64,000 nt of DNA from an uncultured candidate division Zixibacteria bacterium (GCA_963664195.1 OY760907.1:1536001-1600000); one strand, 5' to 3'. Numbered from the stretch's first letter, positions 50,150 to 62,673 are shown. The notes: generated from the sequence alone by a model not told the origin. Program-made: numbers and translations.

Positions 50150-51388
50150 ATGCTTTCTAAACGTACTTCGAAGATTACTACGCTGATGATATATCTCGGC
50201 ACGCTCATGGTGTCGGTGCTTTCGTTTTTCACCACTTATCAGGGTTTGACCATATTTCTTGACCAGAACCTGGCGCTGGTTGGATCGCTCGGATTGCAGA
50301 TGGCCATGCTCGGGATTGCGTGGAATCTCCTTCGCATGAAACAACATCGGACAGTGTACACGCTGGTGTTTGCTTCGGCGGCGGTGTTTTCGATTTTCTT
50401 CTCCTACGCCAATTTCAATACGCGTTTGAAAGAGAACACTCGTGCCGAGGGTGTCCGTGCGGAGTATGCCGCTGATGCTCGCCCGGTTCTGAGACAATAC
50501 TCGTCGCTAGCCAAGGAAGCCCTTTCGCAGGGACAGTACCAGGTGCAGCGAGTGGCGGATCTTCGCGAGATGGAAGAATCAACCGGCTGGGCGACAGTCG
50601 TTGACGAAGGTTCCGAAGATCCGTTTATCCAGTCGATTATCGATGGTGCCCGGAGGACGGTATCCTCGTGGCAGGACAATCAGGGTAGCAGTTACAAGCA
50701 GGGATCGGGGCAGGGGATTATCTCCAACTACCTGACAAGCTGGTCGGAGCAGGCAGAACGAAATGTTGCGGCTGTGGAAACTTACGCCTCGATGGTTGAC
50801 TCGGTATCCATGCTGCTTTCAAGCGATGTCGAGGTGGCGCGTCAGTATGAACTTGTCAACTATGCGTCGGTACATTTTCCGATAGGTGAATACACCGAGA
50901 TCTTGGCCGAAACGCCGGAGCTTGCCGAGCCGCCGTTTGCGGCCAAGTATGTCGAGAATCCGGCGAACGGTCAGCAGGCGTTGAGAGAGGTAATCGGGGA
51001 TTTATATCCAATGGATCGCCTGTCGCTGTTTTCGCTTCTGTTTGCCATGGTCATAGATTTCATTGTCATTGCGATGGCTCTGTGTGGATCGTACGCCATG
51101 ACTGATATGGATTATATCTTTGCTCGCGTGGAACGTGAGGCGACCCGTCGAATCAAGAAGACACGCCTCGATGATCCCCGCGAGTTCAACGAATCTCTAC
51201 GGGCGAATCTGAACAGTCTCAAGCAGGCCTCGCAATATGGCAAGGCGCTTGATGAAGTGATGCGGGAATTCGAGAACGTGCGGGGGAGAGTTCGACTGAC
51301 GCGAGGTGCGGAAAGCGTCGATAGTGATTACCGTCAGGACCCGCCGGTTGTAGCTTCGCGGATGAGCGAGGAAGAGGCTCGGGGGTAG
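50150..51388 (+). CDS. Hypothetical membrane protein (3 TM, helical soluble region, 1 TM, charged tail)
   Basis: 412-aa ORF with a clear hydrophobicity pattern; no family recognised. Confidence 0.75.
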   Translation: MLSKRTSKITTLMIYLGTLMVSVLSFFTTYQGLTIFLDQNLALVGSLGLQMAMLGIAWNLLRMKQHRTVYTLVFASAAVFSIFFSYANFNTRLKENTRAEGVRAEYAADARPVLRQYSSLAKEALSQGQYQVQRVADLREMEESTGWATVVDEGSEDPFIQSIIDGARRTVSSWQDNQGSSYKQGSGQGIISNYLTSWSEQAERNVAAVETYASMVDSVSMLLSSDVEVARQYELVNYASVHFPIGEYTEILAETPELAEPPFAAKYVENPANGQQALREVIGDLYPMDRLSLFSLLFAMVIDFIVIAMALCGSYAMTDMDYIFARVEREATRRIKKTRLDDPREFNESLRANLNSLKQASQYGKALDEVMREFENVRGRVRLTRGAESVDSDYRQDPPVVASRMSEEEARG

Positions 51389-51401
51389 GGGCAGTAGCAT
51401 A

Positions 51402-51429
51402 GTAGCGCAGGTCTGTCTTCAGACCTGCG
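51402..51429. repeat. GTAG-REP palindrome, family C
   Basis: GTAGCGCAGGTCTGTCTTCAGACCTGCG, same core as 29310-29338. Confidence 0.7.
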
Positions 51430-51482
51430 AGGACACTTCGACAGGCTCAGTGTGACTTGCTACCATTGTAGGCAAGATGTGT

Positions 51483-51519
51483 GACCGGCGGGGTTTTATC
51501 CCTGCCGGTCTTTTCATTT
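51483..51519 (+). terminator. Intrinsic terminator
   Basis: GACCGGCGGG/CCTGCCGGTC stem plus TTTTCATTT. Confidence 0.65.
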
Positions 51520-51554
51520 GAAATCGGAGTGTCTATCGAGCAAACGGTACGACG

Positions 51555-53309
51555 TCAGTTGTACTGAATAATGATCGTGTCCCTGACCATCGCTGCGCCG
51601 CCGATCTTCTCGACCAGCTCCCAGGCAGCATCGTCCGTCAGGTGGCTGGGGTCGCCGCCCCCAGTCGCGTTGTCTTCAATGTACAGGCTGGTGCAGACGT
51701 AACCGGTGGCTGGATTCTGCTGCAGTCCCCAGAGACCTTGCACGCTGGTGAGATGCCAGCAGTTGTTGATAATGATGGCGTCCCAGGCATGATCGAGGTT
51801 GGAGAGCGGGTCAAGATTTCTCAGCGCCGTCATGTGGTTGAGTCGCAAGGCTCCAGAGATGTGCGTGAGTGCCTCCAGTCCGGCCAGAGACTCCAGCGAG
51901 TACAGTTGTCTAAGACCGAGAGGGCCGTCAATGGTTTGCAGCGTCCCCAGGGCTTCGATGTCTTCAAGTTCATCGCAATACTCGATCCACAAACTGTGGC
52001 TTAGGGATTGTATCAGGCCGAGGCCGTCGAGGGTAATCAGGCCGTCGTTGTATTTGATGCTGAGCCCCTGGACGTTGGTGAGTGACCCCAACCCCGTCAG
52101 GTCTGTCAGCAGCGGGCAGGCTTCTACCTGAAGACTGCGTCCGACCGTGTGAAGTCGGTCAAGTCCGCTCAAGGTCGCCAGGACGTTGTCGTTTCGTACA
52201 AAGCAGTAGCCGTTGACTTGAGAGACGGTTAGACCGGCGAGAGTCGTCAACTCTCTGTTGTCGGTGATGTCGAGATCCCCCTCGACCAGCGTAATTCCGG
52301 ACAGTCCTGCCACGCTCAGCAGGGATCGGTTCTCTGCTATTGTAATCGAGCTCGTTGTTCCGGTGATCCCGGACAGGCCATCGAAATTCAGCAAGCTGTC
52401 ATTGGCGCGGAAACTGATCCCGCCGTAGTACTGCATGTCTGTCGGGTTGATTGATCTGAGTCCGGAGAGACCGTTGAGATTCCGCAACACGCCGTTGTAC
52501 TCTACAATGATTGAGCCTGCCGATGCGCACTGAGGCAGATTTACCTCAAGAAGTGAGTCGCAGTTGTAAATCCGCAGTTGGTGAGAGATCGATGTCAGTG
52601 CGGGTATGTTGACCGCTTTCAAGTTGTGCGCCGCCTGCGGGGAACCGTACATGTTCAGATCGCCGCCGACTGTGACGAGGTTTGGCAGGACGACTGAGTC
52701 CGGTCCCTGCGACGCGATCTCCAACTCGCCGGTTATCGCGACATAATCCTGGAAGTTGGCCAGGGTGGTGCTATCGTAAATCACGTAGTCGCCGGTGTAT
52801 GTCAGGCCGCTGGCGGCCACGCTGCCCACGACACCGTAGCTGCTAAAACTGCTGATTGGAGCGGTGGCCCAGTTCGAATCCGTATTGACTGCGAATCCGC
52901 CCACCGACTGCCAGCTGCCGGAAACGATTTTGCAGAGTTCGAGACTGGCTTCGGTGACCCCTGCGGGGAGGTTTGATTCGTTGTATCTTATCTTGAGCGT
53001 TACCGGCGTCAGGAACTGCTGACCGTCGGGGCTGAACTCGTAGCAGGTGCCGGAAACGTAACCCGTGTCAGCCGGGAAGGTAGACTGCGCTGCGACGGCA
53101 ACCTCAATGTCGGCGGCAACTGCGCTGGCGGGAACGGTGAGGGTTACGGTGCCTCCGGCAAACGCGAAAGTGCCTCCCTGTGCGCCCACGGTTGTGCCGG
53201 TAGCGGGCGGGTCGCCTCCGGGTGATACGGGATCATCGCCACCACAACCAAAGAGGTATCCTATTAGTATGAAGGAGAATAGCGTAATCAGTAACGTACG
53301 GGAGTTCAT
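51555..53309 (-). CDS. Lipoprotein with a ZU5-like domain and receptor-L-domain-type leucine-rich repeats
   Basis: Lipobox LFG-C-GGDD; VGAQGGT...LTVPASA...SPDGQQF.TPVTL; repeats of L.GL..L..V.G.L.I..N..L. Confidence 0.75.
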   Translation of the reverse strand: MNSRTLLITLFSFILIGYLFGCGGDDPVSPGGDPPATGTTVGAQGGTFAFAGGTVTLTVPASAVAADIEVAVAAQSTFPADTGYVSGTCYEFSPDGQQFLTPVTLKIRYNESNLPAGVTEASLELCKIVSGSWQSVGGFAVNTDSNWATAPISSFSSYGVVGSVAASGLTYTGDYVIYDSTTLANFQDYVAITGELEIASQGPDSVVLPNLVTVGGDLNMYGSPQAAHNLKAVNIPALTSISHQLRIYNCDSLLEVNLPQCASAGSIIVEYNGVLRNLNGLSGLRSINPTDMQYYGGISFRANDSLLNFDGLSGITGTTSSITIAENRSLLSVAGLSGITLVEGDLDITDNRELTTLAGLTVSQVNGYCFVRNDNVLATLSGLDRLHTVGRSLQVEACPLLTDLTGLGSLTNVQGLSIKYNDGLITLDGLGLIQSLSHSLWIEYCDELEDIEALGTLQTIDGPLGLRQLYSLESLAGLEALTHISGALRLNHMTALRNLDPLSNLDHAWDAIIINNCWHLTSVQGLWGLQQNPATGYVCTSLYIEDNATGGGDPSHLTDDAAWELVEKIGGAAMVRDTIIIQYN

Positions 53310-53417
53310 GTCAATCCTCTCATATCTGGTCGAATCATCGAATTCTGTCAGTATCCGCAGTCTTTACGGCAGGCGTGAACGGGCTACCATGGGCAGTGCG
53401 GGTGTGCAATTAAAGTG

Positions 53418-53447
53418 AATATAGGCCTCTGTGACGTTTTTTGTCAA
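53418..53447 (-). promoter_or_regulatory. Sigma70-type promoter of the LRR lipoprotein gene
   Basis: TTGACA-18 nt-TATATT on the - strand. Confidence 0.45.
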
Positions 53448-53523
53448 TGAGTTTTGAGGCAGTTACACCGTCAAAGAGACCTTGAGGGTGGCACCCGGAG
53501 CGGGAGTGAACTTCTAAGTTCGG

Positions 53524-55488
<1,965 letters not shown>

Positions 55489-55504
55489 TGATCAACTCGT
55501 GCGG

Positions 55505-56470
55505 CTATTCTTCCAGCGAGTGTGCGTGGAGAAGTACGTTCCAGGCAAAGCTGACATTGCCGGCACGCAGAGCGTACCTGGCTGCAAGCTGTATCTGACG
55601 CAGCGCACCGCTGTTGTCAGATTCGAATGAGGCAATTGCCGCCCGGAACATGCCTTTGTAATCGCCCTGCGATTTGTATTCGTCGAACCTGCGATTGTCA
55701 TCGGCGAGGATCGTGATACCCTGTACGAAGTGACGGACTTCCTCGGCGTCGGGGGTTGCTTCGCTGTTGGCTAGCTGACCAAGATTGTTCGCCGACAGGA
55801 TGTTCGAGTTCTTGATGAAATCGGGCAGTTGATCATAGCCGATACCGGTGCGGCCGATGGGTTTTTCTACTTCGAAGATTGCGCTGCCGGAAGCGCGGCA
55901 ATAGAAGTCGGCGCTCATGCGTGCTACGAGATCGATTCGGTTCGGATGAATGACGCCGTCTTCGAAGATGTCTTCGGATATGTGAAACTTGACTACTTCG
56001 CAGATCGCGAGATTACCGGAGCCTTCGGCCTCGCCGAGATGGATCATGTCGGATAACATACATTCCATCTGAAATGGAGATTCTTTGACCCGTGGTGGTA
56101 TGACGAGATCGGACGCAACCGGGGTCAATCCGCTCTTGACGAACTCATCAATGTCGGCAGCGTATTCGGTTGAAGCCAGCGACACCTGCTGGACCATGTC
56201 GTACGTCACGGACTGTATGGTGCACTCGCGGGTTGCGATGAGATTGTTATAGGTGTCCTTGAGCGTGTTGTCGCGAGCACGTCGTGAGGGGGAGAAGGCG
56301 ACCGTCGGCGGATTCGCCCCAAAAGCGTTAAAGAACGAAAACGGGGAGAGGTTGACATTGCCGTCGGTTGATACGGTTGACACCAGCGCTATCGGGCGAG
56401 GTCCCACACCGCCCAGCAGGTAGCCGAATACTTCGCGGACCGACAGGTCTTTTGGCAGGAGATCAATCAT
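55505..56470 (-). CDS. Flavin reductase-like (split-barrel) protein with a C-terminal helical extension
   Basis: PRPIALVST, NLSPFSFFN, KDT..N, DEF..SGLT, PPRVKESP..MEC. Confidence 0.85.
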   Translation of the reverse strand: MIDLLPKDLSVREVFGYLLGGVGPRPIALVSTVSTDGNVNLSPFSFFNAFGANPPTVAFSPSRRARDNTLKDTYNNLIATRECTIQSVTYDMVQQVSLASTEYAADIDEFVKSGLTPVASDLVIPPRVKESPFQMECMLSDMIHLGEAEGSGNLAICEVVKFHISEDIFEDGVIHPNRIDLVARMSADFYCRASGSAIFEVEKPIGRTGIGYDQLPDFIKNSNILSANNLGQLANSEATPDAEEVRHFVQGITILADDNRRFDEYKSQGDYKGMFRAAIASFESDNSGALRQIQLAARYALRAGNVSFAWNVLLHAHSLEE

Positions 56471-57501
56471 CGGGCCGTCTCAACGTTCTTTTTTTTCGCC
56501 AGAATAGAGCGCTCGCCCCGAGTTCTGACGATCTCATGTTTCAGTTTTCCGAGTCCGGCGATTTCGAGTTCAATAATATCGCCCTGCTGAAGCCAGACCG
56601 GGGTAAACTCCTCGCCCTTCTTTTTGGCTTCAAGCGCGGCTGTTCCGTTGAGTTCAAGGAAACAGCCGGTGCCGACAGTGCCAGAACCGATCACGTCACC
56701 GGGGAACAACTGGACGCCGTAGGAGGCGCGTTCGATGATCTCGGCGAATGTCCAGTTCATGTCTCTCATGGTACCATCGGAGACTTGCTTGCCATTATGA
56801 TACGCTTGCATACGCAGGTCGTATTTGTTGCCGTCCGGAGTCTCTATCAGGTTGTTTTGGAGTTCGTCGACCGTCACCAGCCAGGGGCCGATGGCGGTGG
56901 CGAAATCCTTGCCTTTGGCGGGGCCGAGGTTGAGCTTCATTTCCTCCATCTGGAGAACGCGGGCAGAGAAGTCGTTCATGATGGTGTAGCCGGCAATATG
57001 GCTGTCCGCTTCTTCGGCCGGGATGTTCTTTCCGCCTTTGCCGATAACGATTGCCGCTTCGAGCTCGAAATCGAGTTTCTGCAGGTGATCCGTCTCAACC
57101 TCGAGCACACCCTCGCCTATGGTGGCGTTGTGGTTTGTGAAATAGAAGACCGGGTACTGGTCGAATTCGGGAATCATCGCGACGCCACGATTGCGGCGAG
57201 CGGTGGCCACATGCTGGCGAAACGCGTAGGCATCTCGACATGAGGGGGGACGAGGCACCGGGGCGAGCAGGTGGATCTGGTCCGGGTTGACGCGGGAAGT
57301 GATTTCGCCGTCGAGCCAGGCCGACTCCACCTCTCTTACACCTTCCATGAGTTTGTCGCCGCCTTCGAGGAGCGGGAGTATTGTGGCAGGGAGTTCGAGG
57401 CCCAGCTCTCGGGCGCAAACTCGGAGGTCAACCGTGTGACCGTCGATTACCAGACCGACGCGTTCTTGATCGTTGGCGTTAAGAAAAGAGACCAGTTTCA
57501 T
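56467..57501 (-). CDS. Fumarylacetoacetate hydrolase family protein
   Basis: RDAYAFRQH, FYFTNH, LDFELE, NDFSAR, KGKDF, GDVIGSGT; lies in the hmgA operon. Confidence 0.92.
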   Translation of the reverse strand: MKLVSFLNANDQERVGLVIDGHTVDLRVCARELGLELPATILPLLEGGDKLMEGVREVESAWLDGEITSRVNPDQIHLLAPVPRPPSCRDAYAFRQHVATARRNRGVAMIPEFDQYPVFYFTNHNATIGEGVLEVETDHLQKLDFELEAAIVIGKGGKNIPAEEADSHIAGYTIMNDFSARVLQMEEMKLNLGPAKGKDFATAIGPWLVTVDELQNNLIETPDGNKYDLRMQAYHNGKQVSDGTMRDMNWTFAEIIERASYGVQLFPGDVIGSGTVGTGCFLELNGTAALEAKKKGEEFTPVWLQQGDIIELEIAGLGKLKHEIVRTRGERSILAKKKNVETAR

Positions 57502-57625
57502 GTATTGCCATCCTCTGTTTGTGTCTTGTGCATCAAGTCAAAATGTAGCGTGTCGTTGCGGGGGTTAACTCCAGGTGGTAGGTTTGAAGACAGATATTCC
57601 CTACGAATCTGAGGGCAGCAGATGG

Positions 57626-58786
57626 CTACTTCAACCATGACTGTGCATAATCCTTGTCCAACGTTTCTTTCACATTCAAGGTCGGACGGAGCGGCGAGAA
57701 CGTGTCGACCATTACCGCCCATTCATCTGTAGCTTTCGCGCCGATAGAGGCTTCTGTTCGGCCAGGCTGCGGACCGTGGGGCATTCCGCCCGGATGCAGC
57801 GTGATCGAGCCTTCCTTAACACCCTTTCGGGACATGAAATCTCCCTCCACATAGTACAGAACTTCATCGCTGTCGATGTTGGAGTGGAAGTACGGTGCTG
57901 GGATGGCGTCGTCGTGGAAGTCATACGGTCTTGGGACAAAATTGCAGATCACGAAATGCTGCGTCGTGAACACAAGGTGCACCGGCGGCGGGAGATGGAT
58001 GCGTCCGACTTTCGCGTGATAGTTCCTGATGTTAAACGCATACGGGTAGAGATAACCGTCCCAGCCGACGACATCAAAGGGATTATGCGGAGCAATGTGT
58101 TCGTAGTATTGTTCGCCTGCCTTCACGATAATCCGGAACTCGCCGGTCTCGTCGTTGGCCGGTTCGTGCTCGGGCAGTTTGAAATCGCGCTCGCTGTACG
58201 GTGCGTGCTCTTCCATCTGGCCGTAGGCGTTGTGGAAGTGGTTCGGGATTTCAAAGGCGGTGTCAGATTCCACAATCAGCAGTTTGTTGTTCTCAAACGA
58301 GTCGAATTCCATTCGGTAGGTGACGGCGCGCGGTACGATGATCTGGTCGCCTTCTTCGAAAGGCATTCCGCCGAACTCGCTGTAGAACACACCCGTGCCG
58401 CGGTGGACAAAGACATACTCGGCGGCGTACGCGTTGCGGTAGAAGTCATCGGAGTCTTCAGTGACGTTGGCCGTGGCAATCACACAATGCGGATTGGTGA
58501 GATAAGCATCGCGGGCAGTGATGAAGCTGCCCCCGGATTTCCTGTCGTCCGTGAAGCAATGGTAGTAAGTCAGAGGTGCTTCCGGCCAGACTACTTGTTT
58601 GTGTAAATCGATCGCCCCGATGCGCAGCATACTTGTGGGCATGTGAATGTGGTACTTGTTGGAGTAGATACCGGAGAAACCCTTGCTTGAAAACAACTCC
58701 TCGCGATAAAGCGACTTGCCGTCGGGCTGATAGAAAGTCGTATGCTTGACCGGTGGCAGTTCACCCAGCTTATGATAATACGGCAT
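57626..58786 (-). CDS. hmgA: Homogentisate 1,2-dioxygenase
   Basis: PFDVVGWDG, HLPPPVH, PYFHSNIDSDE, TLHPGGMPHGP, AVMVDT. Confidence 0.93.
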   Translation of the reverse strand: MPYYHKLGELPPVKHTTFYQPDGKSLYREELFSSKGFSGIYSNKYHIHMPTSMLRIGAIDLHKQVVWPEAPLTYYHCFTDDRKSGGSFITARDAYLTNPHCVIATANVTEDSDDFYRNAYAAEYVFVHRGTGVFYSEFGGMPFEEGDQIIVPRAVTYRMEFDSFENNKLLIVESDTAFEIPNHFHNAYGQMEEHAPYSERDFKLPEHEPANDETGEFRIIVKAGEQYYEHIAPHNPFDVVGWDGYLYPYAFNIRNYHAKVGRIHLPPPVHLVFTTQHFVICNFVPRPYDFHDDAIPAPYFHSNIDSDEVLYYVEGDFMSRKGVKEGSITLHPGGMPHGPQPGRTEASIGAKATDEWAVMVDTFSPLRPTLNVKETLDKDYAQSWLK

Positions 58787-58842
58787 GTGGCGTTCCTCCC
58801 TGTTCGTCTATCCTGCGGTGCGCGATGGCGTCGTGATAGGAG

Positions 58843-58875
58843 AGGCTGGGGCAGACGAGGGCGTCTGCCGCCCAC
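58843..58875. repeat. REP-like palindrome, family A
   Basis: Exact reverse complement of 5727-5759. Confidence 0.8.
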
Positions 58876-58914
58876 GAGCGTTCCTTTCCCTCAGTGACGC
58901 TGGCACTCCTCAGC

Positions 58915-60060
58915 CTAGCACGGTGGTATGACATCGGTTGTTTCCCTCTCAAGATTGCCGCGAAGTTTCTGGTCAAGTTCTATTGATTCGAACAGTGCCT
59001 GAAAATTGCCCTTGCCAAAACCCTCGCTGCCGCCGCGGCGCTGGATAAATTCAAAGAAGAAGGTCGGACGGTCTCCGACCGGTTTGGTGAAGAGCTGGAG
59101 GAGGTAACCGTTGCCTTCGATGTCGCAGAGGATGCGTTGCTCCTGGAGATCGTCGATGCTCTCTTTCAGTTCAATGTCGTCTCGATTTCGGAGCATGTCA
59201 TAATATGTGTCCGGTACCCAGAGAAATTCCATGCCGTTGGCGCGGAGAGCGGAGATGGTTTTGATGATGTTCTCCGTGGCAATGGCAATATGCTGCACAC
59301 CGGAGCCGTGGTACTGTTCGATGTACTCCTCGATCTGGGACTTTTTCATTCCCTCGAACGGCTCGTTGATCGGGTTGCGAATTTTGCTGTCCTTGGTGCG
59401 CACGACTTTTGAGAGCAGGGCTGAGAATCTGGTCCCGATATCGCCGGCTTTGAAATCGACAAACGTCTCGAAACCCATCGTCTTGTTGAAGTACTCCGCC
59501 CAGAGATTCATCTCGTTTTCGCGGACATTGCCAACTATGTGATCAATGCCGATGATTCCGGTGTCTTCGCAGGCGAGGGTGATCTCCTGTATTGGCCTGC
59601 AGAAATCCGGCTTCAGGATGTGCGTGTAACGATCGCGGTTGACGTACACCAGCTCGGTGTCATCGTAAAGTCGGATGGCAGCTTCTTCGACGTAGCCGTA
59701 GTCGTTCTCCAGTTTGGTGGGGCGGCTGACCATCACGGCCCCGTGCCCGGTTGCGTAGTCAAAAGCGACAGTGACGTCATCGACTTCAATTGCCCAACGC
59801 TTGACGCCGTCGCCGTGGCGGTTGACAAAATTCTGCACTTCAAAACAACCTGGTTGAACCGCCGAAGTGATGACGAATTTCAGGTTGCCCCGGGTCAGGT
59901 AGTACGAAACGCGATCGCGTACGCCCGTTTCGGGGCCGCGATAACCCGTGATCGTCAACCCCATAGCTTTTGCATACCAGTAGGCTACCATTTTGGCAGA
60001 GCCAACATAGAATTCCACAAAGTCGTAGCCTCGTATGCCAATAATATCTGCCATGTACAA
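58915..60060 (-). CDS. hppD: 4-hydroxyphenylpyruvate dioxygenase
   Basis: HGDGV, IDHIVGN, PINEP, SQIEEY, GVQHIA, LLQLFT, FFEFIQR, GFGKGNF. Confidence 0.96.
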   Translation of the reverse strand: MYMADIIGIRGYDFVEFYVGSAKMVAYWYAKAMGLTITGYRGPETGVRDRVSYYLTRGNLKFVITSAVQPGCFEVQNFVNRHGDGVKRWAIEVDDVTVAFDYATGHGAVMVSRPTKLENDYGYVEEAAIRLYDDTELVYVNRDRYTHILKPDFCRPIQEITLACEDTGIIGIDHIVGNVRENEMNLWAEYFNKTMGFETFVDFKAGDIGTRFSALLSKVVRTKDSKIRNPINEPFEGMKKSQIEEYIEQYHGSGVQHIAIATENIIKTISALRANGMEFLWVPDTYYDMLRNRDDIELKESIDDLQEQRILCDIEGNGYLLQLFTKPVGDRPTFFFEFIQRRGGSEGFGKGNFQALFESIELDQKLRGNLERETTDVIPPC

Positions 60061-60282
60061 TCCTCCTGCTAGTTATGCACTATAACTGAAGAAGAGGAGC
60101 CCGGTTCCTGCATATTACAGCCGTTTGACACATCCGGTGCAGTCACGGTAAGATATTGCCGGTAACAAGATTGCAGGAATACCTTGCGGATCGGCAAGAG
60201 AGAGGATATATTGGATCAATGTAGTACATGACGCGGGAAGCAGGCCCGCAGAGTCCGACCGTGTCCGATAGGAGAAGCAGTT

Positions 60283-62058
60283 GTGTCAGGAGTTGAGAAC
60301 AGCGCGTTGCCCGGCGCCGGACTGCCGGACCATCTGAAGCAGTTTGTGGTTGATCAACAGTACGATCGGTACACACCGATTGATCATGCCGTGTGGCGGT
60401 TTATCATGCGGCAAAATGTCCGCTACCTGAAGACTCACGCTCATCGCGTCTATTTTCAGGGACTGTTGGATACGGGCATTGGGGTAGAGCGGATTCCGAG
60501 TATTGAGGAAATGAATGCAATCCTCGGCAAAATCGGTTGGGGAGCCGTGGCGGTGGACGGTTTCATACCGCCGGCGGCGTTTATGGAATTTCAGGCGTAC
60601 CGTGTGCTGGTAATCGCGTGTGACATTCGTCAGATAGACCATATCGAATACACGCCCGCCCCGGACATTGTCCACGAGGCTGCGGGGCATGCGCCAATCA
60701 TAGTTGATTCCGAATATGCCGAGTATCTTCGCCGGTTTGGCGAGGTCGGCGCAAAAGCGATGTCTTCAAAAAAAGACATCGAATTATACGAGGCGATTCG
60801 ACGGCTATCGATTCTCAAAGAATACGCGGCCTCCGATCCTGAAGAGATTGAGCAAGCTGAAAGAGACGTGCTACATTGTCAGGAGACGCTTGGGGAGCCG
60901 TCGGAAATGGCCCTCCTGTCACGTCTGCACTGGTGGACGGTTGAATACGGGCTTATCGGTACTCTGGAGGAGCCGAAGATATACGGCGCGGGTTTGTTGT
61001 CCTCGATTGGGGAATCCGTCTCCTGTCTTACAGACGAAGTGAAGAAGATTCCATACTCGCTCGAAACGAAAGATTCAGCCTTCGATATCACTACCAAACA
61101 ACCCCAGTTGTTTGTCACGCCGAGTTTCGAGCATCTCTCTAACGTGCTCGAGGAGTTTGTCGGCACGATGGCGTTTACCGTTGGCGGCTGCTCCGGACTT
61201 GAAAAGGCGATTGAGTGTGCGAACGTTTCGACCGCTGTCTATTCGTCAGGTTTGCAAGTAACGGGAGTAGTGGTTGAAATGACGACTCTGGACGGCGAGC
61301 AACCGTACTATCTCAAACTGTCCGGGCCGACAGCGCTTGCGTACGACAATGTGCAGCTCGACGGACACGACAAGAAGTACCACAAGGACGGGTTCGGATC
61401 ACCGGTGGGGCGTTTGAAGGGAGAGGATCGACCGTTGGAGGATCTCGAGGAAGGCGATCTCAGATCCGCAGGGATTGAGACAGGCCGCACTTGTCGGTTG
61501 GAGTTTGAGTCGGGCGTGATCGTCAGCGGTCTGCTTGAGAGTCAACTCCGTTGCGACGGCAAGCTGTGTTTGCTGACATTCTCGGACTGTAGGGTTAAGC
61601 GTGGCGACGATCTATTGTTCAGCCCTGATTGGGGAGCCTACGACATGGCTGTCGGGAGTTCCATTACTTCCGTGTTTTCTGGTGCGGCAGACAAAAACGC
61701 CTACGATCAGATATCGCTGGTGCCGAAGCAACGGACGATCAAGGCTGCGAGTGACGAATCAACTCTCCGTCTCCAGAAGTTGTACCAGGGTGTTCGGGAC
61801 GTACGGGAGTCTGACAAGGGATATGAGCGGTTGCCCGGATTGTGGGCCGCCGTACGTGAGGGTTTCGGAGAAGACTGGTTGCTGCCAATGGAAATCTTCG
61901 AGTTGCTGGTCGAGAAAAAGACTGATCCCGGCTTGCAGAGAGAGATCAACGACTATCTCCGGGCCATGTCATGGTCCAACCCGGATTTGGCGAGTGTAAT
62001 AACGCAGGGATTCAGTTTGGCCGGGGGAGATGTTTGCGAGGAGCAGGTGGCGGAATAG
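60283..62058 (+). CDS. phhA: Pterin-dependent aromatic amino acid hydroxylase (long-form phenylalanine 4-monooxygenase)
   Basis: YTPAPDIVHEAAGHAP, LHWWTVEYGL, IYGAGLLSS.GE, QPQLFV; long C-terminal extension; divergent from hppD. Confidence 0.88.
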   Translation: MSGVENSALPGAGLPDHLKQFVVDQQYDRYTPIDHAVWRFIMRQNVRYLKTHAHRVYFQGLLDTGIGVERIPSIEEMNAILGKIGWGAVAVDGFIPPAAFMEFQAYRVLVIACDIRQIDHIEYTPAPDIVHEAAGHAPIIVDSEYAEYLRRFGEVGAKAMSSKKDIELYEAIRRLSILKEYAASDPEEIEQAERDVLHCQETLGEPSEMALLSRLHWWTVEYGLIGTLEEPKIYGAGLLSSIGESVSCLTDEVKKIPYSLETKDSAFDITTKQPQLFVTPSFEHLSNVLEEFVGTMAFTVGGCSGLEKAIECANVSTAVYSSGLQVTGVVVEMTTLDGEQPYYLKLSGPTALAYDNVQLDGHDKKYHKDGFGSPVGRLKGEDRPLEDLEEGDLRSAGIETGRTCRLEFESGVIVSGLLESQLRCDGKLCLLTFSDCRVKRGDDLLFSPDWGAYDMAVGSSITSVFSGAADKNAYDQISLVPKQRTIKAASDESTLRLQKLYQGVRDVRESDKGYERLPGLWAAVREGFGEDWLLPMEIFELLVEKKTDPGLQREINDYLRAMSWSNPDLASVITQGFSLAGGDVCEEQVAE

Positions 62059-62167
62059 ACAGCGGTCGATTGTCGGAACCGCAGGGGGCGGCCCTACACT
62101 TCATGGCCGACGGCTGTCGGGCCTCAGGGAGGCCCGACCCGCGGTGGGGTTGCCCGTCCATGGCGTG

Positions 62168-62539
62168 CTACTTCAGCACGTGTTCCATCATTCCCTTGAC
62201 GTTGTCCCCCCCTTTGGATCGAACATAGGATAGTATGATCGGGACAAACTTGCCGACCATATCCGATCCCATTCCCAGTTTCGAGAAACTCCCGGCGAGT
62301 GAGATCAGGCCCCCCACGTTTCCGCCGACGCCAGAGATTCCGCCGACGATTCCGCCCATGCCTTCCGGCTCCGGCGCGGCACCAATCAGATCGTTCACTT
62401 CCGGCACGGAGGAGGAGAGTTGCTTGTAGTCAGCCCTCCTGAGTTTGTCTTTGGCCAGCCGGAAAACGAGTCCGGCACCACCCCTCGCTTGATCTTGGGT
62501 TACCCCGAGATTCTGGGTCAGAGTCTCCATCAAGTTCAT
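62168..62539 (-). CDS. DUF2780-like protein
   Basis: LGVTQDQARGGAG, L...F.KLG...DMV.KF.P. Confidence 0.75.
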   Translation of the reverse strand: MNLMETLTQNLGVTQDQARGGAGLVFRLAKDKLRRADYKQLSSSVPEVNDLIGAAPEPEGMGGIVGGISGVGGNVGGLISLAGSFSKLGMGSDMVGKFVPIILSYVRSKGGDNVKGMMEHVLK

Positions 62540-62673
62540 AATCAGCCCCTTCTTTTTCAAGCAGTTCGCTGTTGTTTTAGCCTGCGAGTTTGTAGCCGCT
62601 CGGACCGCGGGACCCCGTGCGAGGTTCGAGTTGCGCCGGGATCCCTGTAACCGATACGGTACAGCGGTTTCGC

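Noticed and set aside
62590..62673. Possible tRNA (GGTTCGAG T-loop-like motif)
   Set aside because: No matching T-stem, acceptor stem or D-arm could be built.
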